This document shows positions 33,492 to 44,888 of a stretch of DNA of 64,000 nucleotides, in pieces. The notes under the pieces are model-generated. The model was not told where the DNA came from, ran no database searches, and saw only the letters and a program-made list of their open reading frames with translations. A program made the translations under genes and the position numbers. The stretch comes from Escherichia coli (GTDB lineage: Bacteria; Pseudomonadota; Gammaproteobacteria; Enterobacterales; Enterobacteriaceae). Positions within the stretch are counted from its first letter, which is position 1; each line of letters starts with the position of its first letter. The DNA is taken from assembly GCF_013122565.1 (NCBI RefSeq), contig NZ_CP053258.1; one strand, 5' to 3'.

Positions 33492-34178
33492 ATGAAACGT
33501 ATTAGCCTTACCGTTCTGGCGCTTTTAATGACTGCACAACAGTGTCTTGCTGGTGGCGTAGCCCTAAGCACGACGCGTGTTATTTATGACGGCGGCAAGA
33601 AAGAAGCGTCGCTGACCGTTGAGAATCATAATAAAAATGAAGAATTTTTGATCCAGTCATGGATTGATGATGTGAATGGAAATAAAAAAACACCGTTTAT
33701 TATTACACCACCATTATTCAAACTTGATCCTGATAAAAATAACGTATTACGTATCGTCAATATTGAAGATACCTTACCTCAAGATCGTGAATCCGTTTAC
33801 TGGATTAATGTAAAAGCCATTCCTGCGAAAAGTGCTGAAAATGAAAATAAAAATGTCTTACAGATAGCCGTTCGCACCCGTCTGAAGTTGTTCTATCGTC
33901 CAAAAGGTTTGCCGGGAAGCAACCTCGAGGCCATGAAGCAGTTACGTTTCCAGCGTCAAAATAACCAAATTGTGGTTAATAACGACTCCGCTTATAACCT
34001 GACCTTTAATCAGTTTTCCATTAATGGACAAAAGATTGAACGGGCGGGAATGGTTCTCGCGAAAGGAAAGTTAAATATTAACCTTCCAGCCGGTACAGGC
34101 AACGCGCACGAAGTGAAATACAGCATTATTAATGATTTCGGTGTTGCTGGCGAAATGCTGACGAAGCCGATTAACTGA
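33492..34178 (+). CDS. lpfB: fimbrial periplasmic chaperone
   Basis: 228-aa PapD-like chaperone with signal peptide. Confidence 0.85.
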   Translation: MKRISLTVLALLMTAQQCLAGGVALSTTRVIYDGGKKEASLTVENHNKNEEFLIQSWIDDVNGNKKTPFIITPPLFKLDPDKNNVLRIVNIEDTLPQDRESVYWINVKAIPAKSAENENKNVLQIAVRTRLKLFYRPKGLPGSNLEAMKQLRFQRQNNQIVVNNDSAYNLTFNQFSINGQKIERAGMVLAKGKLNINLPAGTGNAHEVKYSIINDFGVAGEMLTKPIN

Positions 34179-34201
34179 TCCTTTTACAAGGCGCTTTTAC
34201 T

Positions 34202-36733
34202 ATGCATTGGATGCATTTACCTCTCTATCACTACAGAGCGCATTTTTCCTTCTCTCTGCTGGCATTAACGATTGCCAGCGCGTTACCTGCGTATGGCGGA
34301 AAATTTAACCCAAAATTTCTCGAAAACGTTCAGGGTATCGATCAACACGTCGACTTGTCGGTATACGACTCACCTGTCGGCCAGCAAATACCCGGTAAAT
34401 ACCGGGTTTCGGTGTTTGTAAACGAAGAAAAAATGGCTTCCCAGACGCTGGATTTTAGTACCGCCAGCGAAGCGAAACGCAAAGCCAGCGGTGAGTCGCT
34501 TATGCCTTGCCTTAGCCGGGTGCAACTGGAAGAAATGGGCGTACGCGTTGACAGCTTTCCGGCGCTGAAGATGTCGCCACCGGAAGCCTGCGTGGCATTT
34601 GATGAAATCATTCCTCAGGCTACCAGCCGCTTTGATTTTAATACTCAGACGCTGCATCTTTCCTTCCCTCAGGCGGCAATGATGATGACCGCGCGTGGCA
34701 CGGTTGATCCTTCTCGCTGGGACGAAGGAATACCGGCGCTGTTGCTTGATTACAGCTTTAGTGGCAGCAATGGACGCAATGAAGGTACAGGTTCATCTTC
34801 AGATTCGACCAGTGACAGTTATTACCTGAACCTGCGCAGCGGTTTGAACCTGGGGCCGTGGCGTTTACGGAATAACAGTATCTGGAACCGTACCGATGGC
34901 AAAAACCAATGGGATAACGTTGGTACATCATTAAACCGGGCGATTATCCCACTCAAGTCACAGATAACACTGGGTGATACCGCCACGCCTGGCGAGATTT
35001 TTGACAGCGTACAAATGCGTGGGGCATTACTGGCATCCGATGATGAAATGTTGCCGGATAGTCAGCGTGGCTTTGCTCCGGTGGTGCGGGGCATCGCCAA
35101 AAGCAACGCTGAAGTGAGTATCGAACAGAACGGATATGTTATTTATCGTACCTTTGTTCAGCCGGGCGCATTTGAGATTAACGATCTCTACGCAACCTCC
35201 GGCAGCGGCGACCTGACGGTGATCATTAAAGAAGCTGACGGAAGTGAGCAACGTTTTATCCAGCCGTTTTCGGCGGTGGCGATTTTCCAGCGTGAAGGGT
35301 ATCTGAAATACAGCCTGGCTGCCGGTGAGTATCGTGCGGGTAATTACGACAGCGATAAACCACGTTTCGGGCAGTTTACCGCCATGTACGGTTTACCGTG
35401 GGGGATGACCGCCTACGGTGGCGCATTGTTGTCGGCAGACTACAACGCTTTAGCTCTGGGGCTGGGGAAAAACTTCGGCACCATTGGCGCGGTGTCGGTG
35501 GATGTCACTCAGGCGAAAAGTCAGTTACGCAACAATGAAAAAGAGGAAGGCCAGTCTTATCGTTTCCTCTATTCGAAAAGTTTTGACGGCGGCACTGATC
35601 TGCGTCTGTTGGGCTACAAGTACTCAACCAGCGGCTACTACACTTTCCAGGAAGCGACCGATGTTCGCAGTGACGCCGACAGTGATTACCGTCGTTATCA
35701 CAAGCGTAGCCAGATACAGGGCAACATTACCCAGCAACTGGGAGACTACGGCTCTGTTTATTTCAATATGACGCAGCAGGATTACTGGAACGTTGGCGGT
35801 AAGGAAAATTCCTTAAGCGCCGGTTATCGCGGTCATATTGGTCGGGTGAATTACAGTGTTGCCTATACCTGGACGAGAAGCCCGGAATGGGAAGAGGACG
35901 ATCGCCTGTGGTCATTCAGTGTCTCGATCCCTCTGGGGAGTGCGTGGAGCAGTTATCGCATGACCACCGACCAGAATGGCAAGACGTCGCAACAGGCCTC
36001 TGTCAGCGGTACGTTACTGGAAGATCATAACCTGAACTATAACGTTCAGCAGGGTTACACCAGTAATGGTGTTGGCTACAGTGGTAGCGCCAGCATGGGG
36101 TATATGGGTGGTTCTGGCAACATTGACGTGGGCTATAACTATTCCAAAGATAACCAACAGGTTAACTATGGCGTGCGCGGCGGTGTCATCGTTCACAGTG
36201 AAGGTATAACGCTTTCGCAGCCTTTAGGCGAAAGTCTGGCGATTGTTTCTGCACCGGGCGCGCGTGGCGGACATGTGGTTAATAGCAGCGGCGTAGAAGT
36301 TGACTGGATGGGCAACGCCGTGGTGCCGTATCTCACGCCATATCGTGAAACCATTGTGGAATTGCGCAGCGATACGCTGGGGCAAAACGTTGAACTACAG
36401 GAAGCGTATCAGAAAGTCGTACCCACGCGTGGCGCGGTTGTGCGTTCCCGCTTTGATACTCGCGTCGGTTATCGTGTGCTGATGAGCTTAAAACAGGCGA
36501 ATGGCAACGCAGTACCGTTTGGTGCCACCGCAACTTTAATTGATGAGAGCAAACCTGCCAGCAGCATTGTGGGTGAAGAGGGGCAGCTTTATATCAGCGG
36601 GATGCCAGAAGAGGGCGAATTGCAGGTGAGCTGGGGGAACGAGCAGGCGCAACGTTGCCGTGTGCCATTCCGCTTGCCAGAGAACAAGGACAATGCGGCT
36701 ATCGTGATGGTTAATGCGGTATGCGAGAAATAA
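34202..36733 (+). CDS. lpfC: fimbrial outer-membrane usher
   Basis: 843-aa usher as one uninterrupted reading frame. Confidence 0.85.
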   Translation: MHWMHLPLYHYRAHFSFSLLALTIASALPAYGGKFNPKFLENVQGIDQHVDLSVYDSPVGQQIPGKYRVSVFVNEEKMASQTLDFSTASEAKRKASGESLMPCLSRVQLEEMGVRVDSFPALKMSPPEACVAFDEIIPQATSRFDFNTQTLHLSFPQAAMMMTARGTVDPSRWDEGIPALLLDYSFSGSNGRNEGTGSSSDSTSDSYYLNLRSGLNLGPWRLRNNSIWNRTDGKNQWDNVGTSLNRAIIPLKSQITLGDTATPGEIFDSVQMRGALLASDDEMLPDSQRGFAPVVRGIAKSNAEVSIEQNGYVIYRTFVQPGAFEINDLYATSGSGDLTVIIKEADGSEQRFIQPFSAVAIFQREGYLKYSLAAGEYRAGNYDSDKPRFGQFTAMYGLPWGMTAYGGALLSADYNALALGLGKNFGTIGAVSVDVTQAKSQLRNNEKEEGQSYRFLYSKSFDGGTDLRLLGYKYSTSGYYTFQEATDVRSDADSDYRRYHKRSQIQGNITQQLGDYGSVYFNMTQQDYWNVGGKENSLSAGYRGHIGRVNYSVAYTWTRSPEWEEDDRLWSFSVSIPLGSAWSSYRMTTDQNGKTSQQASVSGTLLEDHNLNYNVQQGYTSNGVGYSGSASMGYMGGSGNIDVGYNYSKDNQQVNYGVRGGVIVHSEGITLSQPLGESLAIVSAPGARGGHVVNSSGVEVDWMGNAVVPYLTPYRETIVELRSDTLGQNVELQEAYQKVVPTRGAVVRSRFDTRVGYRVLMSLKQANGNAVPFGATATLIDESKPASSIVGEEGQLYISGMPEEGELQVSWGNEQAQRCRVPFRLPENKDNAAIVMVNAVCEK

Positions 36734-36743
36734 GGATATTCAG

Positions 36744-37796
36744 ATGAAAATTAAAAATTTGTTGGCAGGTATGGTGCTGTTTGGGACGAGCACCTTTGCC
36801 GGGAATATATGGGCGGCGGATTGGGGGCCGTGCAGGACGGCAAGTGGTGATCCTTTTATTTTTACTACATCATTCACCAAAAATATTCAAAACCCGACGG
36901 ATAACGTTGCCGGGCAGACCTATACTGATTTTTACCAATGGGCGCTAGGTGATAAATATTCTGGTGTTTGTGAATGCCCATCACCGACACCGACAGAATC
37001 CCGACCAACGCTATATAAAGCTGAGTCAACACTACCTGCAGGGCATGACTCAACCTATTTTAAAATTACCAATAATCTTGAGGTTTCAAGCAAAGTATAT
37101 ATTGCCAACGTGGGCTATGTACAAGTTCCATTCGTTAATAGATCCAATGTACAGCCTGGGAAAGAGTGCGATCAACCCACTTCGGGGTGGACGACAGGAA
37201 GTAAGGGGCGGCTCTCACTTTATATCGCTAAACCGTTCGTTGGGGAACAAGACATTCCGCAAACCACGATAGTTTCTGTGTATGGTACAAAAGCAGCGAA
37301 TGTGTATGGTTCAGTTCCAATGTCTGAGGTGCTTCTTTCAGGAAAAGTAACCGTAACGCAAGGTTGTGAACTCGCCGCAGGTACTGCGCTGGATATTGAT
37401 TTCGGTGAATATCAGGCGCACGACTTTAAAGATCGCGTTGGCCAACCGCCGCAAAATGTTCGGAAGATACAAAAGGAGCTGACATTTAATTGCAACAATA
37501 TCTCTGATGGTGTCCATATTTACCTTAGCCTTGAAGGTTCATCAAATACGGCTTATCCCAGCGCAATTAACCTGGGTAATGCCGATGTCGGAGCCATTAT
37601 TGAAGATGGGAAAGGCAATATTCTGAAACCTAATGATGACAACTGCTTATTAGAAATGGATTCAGGAACACTGTATGAGGATGTTAAACGCACGGCGAAA
37701 ATCACGATAACGGCTTATCCCGTTAGCACGACAGGAAAATTGCCTACGGCCGGTGACTATGATGGCGTGGCAACAATGCATGTTGAACTGGAGTGA
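36744..37796 (+). CDS. lpfD: fimbrial tip adhesin-like subunit
   Basis: Start at MKIKNLLAGMVLFGTSTFAG (codon 11 of track ORF 36714-37796); ~350 aa. Confidence 0.75.
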   Translation: MKIKNLLAGMVLFGTSTFAGNIWAADWGPCRTASGDPFIFTTSFTKNIQNPTDNVAGQTYTDFYQWALGDKYSGVCECPSPTPTESRPTLYKAESTLPAGHDSTYFKITNNLEVSSKVYIANVGYVQVPFVNRSNVQPGKECDQPTSGWTTGSKGRLSLYIAKPFVGEQDIPQTTIVSVYGTKAANVYGSVPMSEVLLSGKVTVTQGCELAAGTALDIDFGEYQAHDFKDRVGQPPQNVRKIQKELTFNCNNISDGVHIYLSLEGSSNTAYPSAINLGNADVGAIIEDGKGNILKPNDDNCLLEMDSGTLYEDVKRTAKITITAYPVSTTGKLPTAGDYDGVATMHVELE

Positions 37797-37801
37797 CGGT
37801 C

Positions 37802-38326
37802 ATGAAACAAATCGTGATTATGTTGTGCTTACTATCTTGTGCCTTTTCGCCACTGGCGGCAATTACGGATTTAGGGCCGAAAGGAACATTGAAATTCACC
37901 CTTAAAATCAGTCAGGGGGCCTGCGAACTGGTAAAAGACAGTGTTGAAGTTGACATGGGCACCGCAGTTCTCAAGAAGCCGGTAAGAATCGGAACGGAAC
38001 TGAACCCTACCGCTTTTTCAATTGGATTAAAAAACTGTAGTGAAGTGGTCAGAGTCTACGTCACTATGGATGGTACGCCAAATGCGGATGACCCCAATTT
38101 GTTTGCGTTAGATGCGGGTGGCGCTACAGGCGTTGGGCTGAAAATCAAAACCGCCGCGGGCGTACAACAGCTCCCCGAAAATACAACGCCGACACCGATT
38201 GAGTTCGCGATTAATGGTGATGGCGCGCATCAACTAAACTATATCGCCAGCTACGTGCCACTTCGCGCCGATGCAACCATTGGTCGCGCGGATGCAACGG
38301 TCGATTTTACTGTACAGTACGAATAA
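37802..38326 (+). CDS. lpfE: fimbrial minor subunit
   Basis: Start at MKQIVIMLCLL (track ORF begins at GTG 37793); fimbrial subunit fold. Confidence 0.75.
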   Translation: MKQIVIMLCLLSCAFSPLAAITDLGPKGTLKFTLKISQGACELVKDSVEVDMGTAVLKKPVRIGTELNPTAFSIGLKNCSEVVRVYVTMDGTPNADDPNLFALDAGGATGVGLKIKTAAGVQQLPENTTPTPIEFAINGDGAHQLNYIASYVPLRADATIGRADATVDFTVQYE

Positions 38327-38334
38327 TTTCACAT

Positions 38335-38362
38335 CTTAGGGGCCAGTTAACTGGCCCTTTTT
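38335..38362 (+). terminator. lpf operon rho-independent terminator
   Basis: Hairpin ggggccagttaactggccc followed by tttttact. Confidence 0.7.
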
Positions 38363-38577
38363 ACTGCTTTTTGTAACGCCAAGTCTCTTTTCAAACTTGC
38401 ATTTTTGTAAATTTGTGCTTCATGCACACTCTTTCCCCACACTTTTTCCCTTTGCTGTGGTCTACTTATTCGCGCGTGTAGATTTTACTTATCTGACTAC
38501 CTCCGCACTTTTCCCCTGCCGGGCCTGAAAAGCCGCTTAGCAGGGTGTTATCACCTGTTTGTCCAGGGTTTGTTTGC

Positions 38578-40269
38578 ATGAGATACATCAAATCGATTAC
38601 ACAGCAGAAGCTGAGCTTTTTGCTTGCAATCTATATTGGCCTTTTTATGAATGGCGCGGTTTTTTACCGCCGCTTCGGCAGCTATGCGCACGATTTTACC
38701 GTCTGGAAAGGCATTTCTGCTGTTGTTGAACTGGTCGCCACCGTACTGGTGACCTTCTTTCTACTGCGTCTTCTTTCGCTGTTTGGCCGCCGCAGCTGGC
38801 GTATTCTGGCATCATTGGTGGTGCTCTTTTCCGCCGGTGCCAGCTATTACATGACCTTCCTTAATGTGGTTATTGGTTATGGCATCATCGCTTCCGTCAT
38901 GACCACCGATATCGACCTGTCAAAAGAAGTTGTTGGTCTGAACTTTATTCTCTGGTTAATCGCCGTTAGCGCATTGCCTCTTATCCTTATCTGGAATAAC
39001 CGCTGTCGCTATACCTTGCTCCGACAACTGCGAACCCCAGGGCAGCGTATTCGCAGCCTGGCAGTCGTCGTACTGGCGGGTATTATGGTTTGGGCACCGA
39101 TTCGTTTTCTGGATATCCAGCAGAAGAAAGTGGAGAGGGCGACCGGCGTTGATTTGCCGAGTTATGGCGGCGTCGTAGCGAACTCTTATCTGCCATCAAA
39201 CTGGCTTTCGGCATTGGGGCTGTACGCCTGGGCGCGGGTCGATGAATCTTCCGATAATAATTCATTGCTTAATCCGGCGAAGAAATTCACTTATCAGGCA
39301 CCGCAAAATGTTGATGACACTTATGTCGTGTTTATCATCGGTGAAACCACGCGTTGGGACCATATGGGCATTTTCGGCTATGAACGTAACACCACGCCGA
39401 AGCTGGCCCAGGAGAAAAATCTGGCGGCGTTCCGTGGTTACTCCTGTGATACCGCAACCAAACTCTCACTGCGTTGCATGTTTGTACGTCAGGGGGGCGC
39501 GGAAGATAATCCGCAGCGCACATTAAAAGAACAGAATATTTTCGCGGTGCTGAAGCAGTTAGGATTCAGTTCTGACCTCTACGCTATGCAAAGCGAAATG
39601 TGGTTCTACAGCAATACGATGGCGGACAACATTGCTTATCGTGAGCAGATTGGTGCGGAGCCACGTAACCGTGGCAAGCCGGTAGATGATATGCTGCTGG
39701 TAGACGAAATGCAGCAATCGCTGGGGCGCAACCCGGATGGTAAGCATCTGATCATTCTGCATACCAAAGGTTCGCACTTTAACTACACCCAGCGTTACCC
39801 GCGCAGCTTCGCGCAGTGGAAGCCGGAATGTATTGGTGTTGATAGCGGCTGTACCAAAGCGCAGATGATCAACTCCTACGACAACTCGGTGACCTATGTG
39901 GATCATTTTATTTCCAGCGTGATTGATCAGGTTCGCGATAAGAAAGCGATTGTGTTCTATGCAGCTGACCACGGTGAGTCAATTAACGAACGCGAGCACC
40001 TGCACGGCACGCCGCGTGAACTGGCACCGCCGGAGCAGTTCCGCGTGCCGATGATGGTCTGGATGTCAGATAAATATCTGGAAAATCCGGCCAATGCGCA
40101 GGCATTTGCGCAGCTGAAAAAAGAAGCCGACATGAAAGTGCCACGCCGTCACGTAGAGCTGTACGACACCATCATGGGTTGTCTTGGCTATACTTCACCG
40201 GATGGTGGAATTAACGAAAACAACAACTGGTGTCACATCCCGCAGGCAAAAGAGGCAGCGGCTAACTAA
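38578..40269 (+). CDS. eptB: Kdo2-lipid A phosphoethanolamine transferase
   Basis: Start at [21 protein letters not shown] (codon 12 of track ORF); 563 aa; N-terminal TM region plus sulfatase-like domain. Confidence 0.85.
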   Translation: MRYIKSITQQKLSFLLAIYIGLFMNGAVFYRRFGSYAHDFTVWKGISAVVELVATVLVTFFLLRLLSLFGRRSWRILASLVVLFSAGASYYMTFLNVVIGYGIIASVMTTDIDLSKEVVGLNFILWLIAVSALPLILIWNNRCRYTLLRQLRTPGQRIRSLAVVVLAGIMVWAPIRFLDIQQKKVERATGVDLPSYGGVVANSYLPSNWLSALGLYAWARVDESSDNNSLLNPAKKFTYQAPQNVDDTYVVFIIGETTRWDHMGIFGYERNTTPKLAQEKNLAAFRGYSCDTATKLSLRCMFVRQGGAEDNPQRTLKEQNIFAVLKQLGFSSDLYAMQSEMWFYSNTMADNIAYREQIGAEPRNRGKPVDDMLLVDEMQQSLGRNPDGKHLIILHTKGSHFNYTQRYPRSFAQWKPECIGVDSGCTKAQMINSYDNSVTYVDHFISSVIDQVRDKKAIVFYAADHGESINEREHLHGTPRELAPPEQFRVPMMVWMSDKYLENPANAQAFAQLKKEADMKVPRRHVELYDTIMGCLGYTSPDGGINENNNWCHIPQAKEAAAN

Positions 40270-40319
40270 GAGGCCTGCTGACTTTCTCGCCGATCAAAAG
40301 GCATTTTGCTATTAAGGGA

Positions 40320-40348
40320 TTGACGAGGGCGTATCTGCGCAGTAAGAT
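40320..40348 (+). promoter_or_regulatory. proK promoter
   Basis: -35 ttgacg (40320-40325), 17-bp spacer, -10 taagat (40343-40348), GC-rich discriminator gcgccccgc. Confidence 0.55.
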
Positions 40349-40360
40349 GCGCCCCGCATT

Positions 40361-40437
<77 letters not shown>

Positions 40438-40442
40438 ATTTA

Positions 40443-40470
40443 GAAAAACCAGCCTACGGGCTGGTTTTTT
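40443..40470 (+). terminator. proK rho-independent terminator
   Basis: Hairpin ccagcctacgggctgg followed by ttttttgc. Confidence 0.7.
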
Positions 40471-40524
40471 GCTTTCTGCGGCCTGAAGAGGATGAGAACC
40501 TCCGGGGGCTGGGAGGTTCGACTC

Positions 40525-40612
40525 GACGTAGGCCTGATAAGACGCGCCAGCGTCGCATCAGGCAAATGTGCCGGCCCATTGTCGGATGCAGCGTACCCGT
40601 CTTATCCGACCT
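40525..40612. repeat. REP elements between proK and dppA
   Basis: gtaggcctgataagacgcgccagcgtcgcatcaggc and gtcggatgcagcgtacccgtcttatccgacc. Confidence 0.6.
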
Positions 40613-41049
40613 AAACGGCAGCACACCACACATTTCCCTGCCAAATTTGCGCCCCATATCTCACTATCCATTAACGGATTTGTGACAGAAACCATTGTCT
40701 TTTTTTATATTTGCTTAAATCTTTTTTTGCGTTACTTATGGCTGGCGCTGGCATTTTCCGCTGTGCGTTTTAGCGTTCATGGTATTAATCGCTCAGATAT
40801 CCACCTTTTCCTCAGATTTTTTTCATTAAATGCATAAAACTTAATCACCAAATGTTGCTAAATATTAAGCTGATTGTTCTGGTCATGTTGGAGTAGCACA
40901 AATTTCTCTGCTGCAAATAGCTGTTTGAAGTTTTTTTAATCTTTGTTTGTGGATTCTCACCGTTGGTGTAAATCCTGGTTGGCTGTATTGACGTTTTCAC
41001 ATTCTGTTGACAGATTGTAGGTCACGAGGGGCATTTTATGGAGGATCCG

Positions 41050-41188
41050 CACTGTTACACTGATGTTAATTAGTACGGCATCCCCACCTCATAACGTTGA
41101 CCCGACCGGGCAAAAAACAAAAAAGGTCAGGCAGCGACAACCCACTGCAAAGGGTTAAAACAACAAACATCACAATTGGAGCAGAATA
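41050..41188 (+). promoter_or_regulatory. dppA 5' leader with CA-rich stretch (likely GcvB sRNA target region)
   Basis: caaaaaacaaaaaagg...aaaacaacaaacatcacaa just upstream of the RBS. Confidence 0.4.
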
Positions 41189-42796
41189 ATGCGTATTTCC
41201 TTGAAAAAGTCAGGGATGCTGAAGCTTGGTCTCAGCCTGGTGGCTATGACCGTCGCAGCAAGTGTTCAGGCTAAAACTCTGGTTTATTGCTCAGAAGGAT
41301 CTCCGGAAGGGTTTAACCCGCAGCTGTTTACCTCCGGTACCACCTATGACGCCTCTTCCGTACCGCTTTATAACCGCCTGGTTGAATTTAAAATCGGCAC
41401 CACCGAAGTGATCCCGGGCCTCGCTGAAAAGTGGGAAGTCAGCGAAGACGGTAAAACCTATACCTTCCATCTGCGTAAAGGTGTGAAGTGGCACGACAAT
41501 AAAGAATTCAAACCGACGCGCGAAATGAATGCCGATGACGTGGTGTTCTCGTTCGATCGTCAGAAAAACGCGCAAAACCCGTACCATAAAGTTTCTGGCG
41601 GCAGCTACGAATACTTCGAAGGCATGGGCTTGCCGGAGCTGATCAGCGAAGTGAAAAAGGTGGACGACAACACAGTTCAGTTTGTGCTGACTCGCCCAGA
41701 AGCGCCGTTCCTCGCTGACCTGGCAATGGACTTCGCCTCTATTCTGTCAAAAGAATATGCTGACGCGATGATGAAAGCCGGTACACCGGAAAAACTGGAC
41801 CTCAACCCAATCGGCACCGGTCCGTTCCAGTTACAGCAGTACCAAAAAGATTCCCGTATCCGCTACAAAGCGTTTGATGGCTACTGGGGCACCAAACCGC
41901 AGATCGATACGCTGGTCTTCTCTATTACCCCTGACGCTTCCGTGCGTTACGCTAAATTGCAGAAAAATGAATGCCAGGTGATGCCGTACCCGAACCCGGC
42001 AGATATCGCTCGCATGAAGCAGGATAAATCCATCAATCTGATGGAAATGCCGGGGCTGAACGTCGGTTATCTCTCGTATAACGTGCAGAAAAAACCACTC
42101 GATGACGTGAAAGTTCGCCAGGCTCTGACCTACGCGGTGAACAAAGACGCGATCATCAAAGCGGTTTATCAGGGCGCGGGTGTATCAGCGAAAAACCTGA
42201 TCCCGCCAACCATGTGGGGCTATAACGACGACGTTCAGGACTACACCTACGATCCTGAAAAAGCGAAAGCCTTGCTGAAAGAAGCGGGTCTGGAAAAAGG
42301 TTTCTCCATCGACCTGTGGGCGATGCCGGTACAACGTCCGTATAACCCGAACGCTCGCCGCATGGCGGAGATGATTCAGGCTGACTGGGCGAAAGTCGGC
42401 GTGCAGGCCAAAATTGTCACCTACGAATGGGGTGAGTACCTCAAGCGTGCGAAAGATGGCGAGCACCAGACGGTAATGATGGGCTGGACTGGCGATAACG
42501 GGGATCCGGATAACTTCTTCGCCACCCTGTTCAGCTGCGCCGCCTCTGAACAAGGCTCCAACTACTCAAAATGGTGCTACAAACCGTTTGAAGATCTGAT
42601 TCAACCGGCGCGTGCTACCGACGACCACAACAAACGCGTTGAACTGTACAAGCAAGCGCAGGTGGTGATGCACGATCAGGCTCCGGCACTGATCATCGCT
42701 CACTCCACCGTGTTTGAGCCTGTACGCAAAGAAGTTAAAGGCTATGTGGTTGATCCATTAGGCAAACATCACTTCGAAAACGTCTCTATCGAATAA
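41189..42796 (+). CDS. dppA: dipeptide ABC transporter periplasmic binding protein
   Basis: 535-aa ORF with signal peptide; matches DppA. Confidence 0.95.
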   Translation: MRISLKKSGMLKLGLSLVAMTVAASVQAKTLVYCSEGSPEGFNPQLFTSGTTYDASSVPLYNRLVEFKIGTTEVIPGLAEKWEVSEDGKTYTFHLRKGVKWHDNKEFKPTREMNADDVVFSFDRQKNAQNPYHKVSGGSYEYFEGMGLPELISEVKKVDDNTVQFVLTRPEAPFLADLAMDFASILSKEYADAMMKAGTPEKLDLNPIGTGPFQLQQYQKDSRIRYKAFDGYWGTKPQIDTLVFSITPDASVRYAKLQKNECQVMPYPNPADIARMKQDKSINLMEMPGLNVGYLSYNVQKKPLDDVKVRQALTYAVNKDAIIKAVYQGAGVSAKNLIPPTMWGYNDDVQDYTYDPEKAKALLKEAGLEKGFSIDLWAMPVQRPYNPNARRMAEMIQADWAKVGVQAKIVTYEWGEYLKRAKDGEHQTVMMGWTGDNGDPDNFFATLFSCAASEQGSNYSKWCYKPFEDLIQPARATDDHNKRVELYKQAQVVMHDQAPALIIAHSTVFEPVRKEVKGYVVDPLGKHHFENVSIE

Positions 42797-42946
42797 TTAA
42801 AAGCCATACCCGGTGGCGCTGTGCCTCTGCGTGCAGCGCCATCCGGCAGCAATACTTCATTCCCTGCCCGACCTGGGCGGGAATTGATTTGTGAGCAATA
42901 CAGACACGCAGTTCCAGGCTGCGGGTCACTACAGAGAATCCGGGTT

Positions 42947-43966
42947 ATGTTGCAGTTTATTCTCCGACGTTTGGGACTCGTCATCCCCACGTTTATCGGT
43001 ATTACCCTTCTCACATTTGCCTTTGTCCACATGATCCCGGGCGATCCGGTGATGATCATGGCGGGCGAACGTGGGATCTCCCCAGAGCGTCACGCGCAGC
43101 TGCTGGCTGAACTCGGCTTAGATAAACCGATGTGGCAGCAGTATCTCCATTACATTTGGGGCGTTATGCATGGCGATCTAGGCATTTCAATGAAAAGCCG
43201 CATCCCTGTTTGGGAAGAGTTCGTGCCGCGCTTCCAGGCCACGCTGGAACTTGGTGTCTGCGCGATGATTTTTGCTACGGCAGTCGGTATTCCGGTTGGT
43301 GTGCTGGCTGCGGTTAAACGCGGTTCCATTTTCGATCACACGGCGGTTGGTCTGGCACTGACCGGCTACTCGATGCCGATCTTCTGGTGGGGCATGATGC
43401 TGATCATGCTGGTTTCAGTACACTGGAACCTGACGCCCGTCTCCGGTCGCGTGAGCGACATGGTGTTCCTCGATGACTCCAATCCGTTAACCGGTTTTAT
43501 GCTGATCGACACCGCCATCTGGGGTGAAGATGGCAACTTTATCGATGCCGTTGCCCATATGATCCTGCCCGCCATTGTGCTGGGTACTATTCCGCTGGCG
43601 GTCATTGTGCGTATGACACGCTCCTCGATGCTGGAAGTGCTGGGTGAAGATTACATCCGCACCGCGCGCGCCAAAGGGCTAACCCGCATGCGGGTGATTA
43701 TCGTCCATGCGCTGCGTAACGCGATGCTGCCGGTAGTGACCGTTATCGGCCTCCAGGTGGGAACATTGCTGGCGGGGGCGATTCTGACCGAAACCATCTT
43801 CTCGTGGCCCGGTCTGGGGCGCTGGTTGATTGACGCACTGCAACGCCGCGACTATCCGGTAGTGCAGGGCGGCGTATTGCTGGTGGCGACGATGATTATC
43901 CTCGTCAACTTGCTGGTCGATCTGCTGTACGGCGTGGTGAACCCGCGTATTCGTCATAAGAAGTAA
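42947..43966 (+). CDS. dppB: dipeptide ABC transporter permease
   Basis: Start at MLQFILRRLGLVIPTFIG (codon 43 of track ORF); 339 aa. Confidence 0.9.
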   Translation: MLQFILRRLGLVIPTFIGITLLTFAFVHMIPGDPVMIMAGERGISPERHAQLLAELGLDKPMWQQYLHYIWGVMHGDLGISMKSRIPVWEEFVPRFQATLELGVCAMIFATAVGIPVGVLAAVKRGSIFDHTAVGLALTGYSMPIFWWGMMLIMLVSVHWNLTPVSGRVSDMVFLDDSNPLTGFMLIDTAIWGEDGNFIDAVAHMILPAIVLGTIPLAVIVRMTRSSMLEVLGEDYIRTARAKGLTRMRVIIVHALRNAMLPVVTVIGLQVGTLLAGAILTETIFSWPGLGRWLIDALQRRDYPVVQGGVLLVATMIILVNLLVDLLYGVVNPRIRHKK

Positions 43967-43975
43967 GGGGACATC

Positions 43976-44878
43976 ATGTCACAGGTTACTGAAAATAAAG
44001 TGATTAGCGCACCGGTGCCGATGACCCCGTTACAGGAGTTCTGGCACTATTTTAAACGCAACAAAGGCGCGGTCGTCGGGCTGGTTTACGTCGTCATCGT
44101 GCTGTTTATCGCGATCTTTGCCAACTGGATTGCACCCTATAACCCGGCGGAACAGTTCCGCGATGCACTGCTCGCCCCGCCAGCCTGGCAGGAAGGCGGC
44201 AGCATGGCGCACTTGCTGGGCACCGATGACGTCGGTCGTGATGTGCTGTCGCGCCTGATGTACGGTGCGCGATTGTCACTGCTGGTTGGCTGTCTGGTGG
44301 TGGTGTTATCGCTGATTATGGGCGTTATTCTCGGCCTGATCGCCGGTTACTTCGGCGGCCTGGTCGATAACATCATCATGCGCGTGGTCGATATCATGCT
44401 GGCGCTGCCAAGTCTGCTGTTGGCACTGGTGCTGGTGGCGATTTTCGGCCCGTCGATTGGTAACGCCGCGCTGGCGCTGACCTTCGTTGCCTTGCCGCAC
44501 TATGTGCGCTTAACACGCGCCGCCGTGCTGGTGGAGGTGAATCGCGATTACGTTACCGCGTCTCGCGTGGCAGGTGCCGGGGCGATGCGTCAGATGTTTA
44601 TTAACATCTTCCCGAACTGCCTTGCGCCTCTGATTGTTCAGGCGTCGCTCGGTTTCTCTAACGCCATTCTCGATATGGCTGCTCTTGGTTTCCTCGGCAT
44701 GGGGGCACAGCCGCCAACGCCTGAGTGGGGCACCATGCTCTCCGACGTGTTGCAGTTCGCGCAAAGCGCCTGGTGGGTCGTGACCTTCCCTGGTCTGGCG
44801 ATCCTGCTGACGGTGCTGGCATTTAACCTGATGGGTGACGGTCTGCGTGACGCGCTCGATCCCAAACTGAAGCAGTAA
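43976..44878 (+). CDS. dppC: dipeptide ABC transporter permease
   Basis: 300-aa permease matching DppC. Confidence 0.9.
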
Positions 44879-44888
44879 GAGGTTCGAG

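Noticed and set aside
40495-40525. ggaggttcga segment resembling the proK T-arm, possibly a tRNA 3' duplication marking an island integration site
   Set aside because: The match is only about 10 nt and is one arm of a local palindrome (gaacctcc...ggaggttc) next to REP elements; no integrase or further tRNA-derived sequence nearby.
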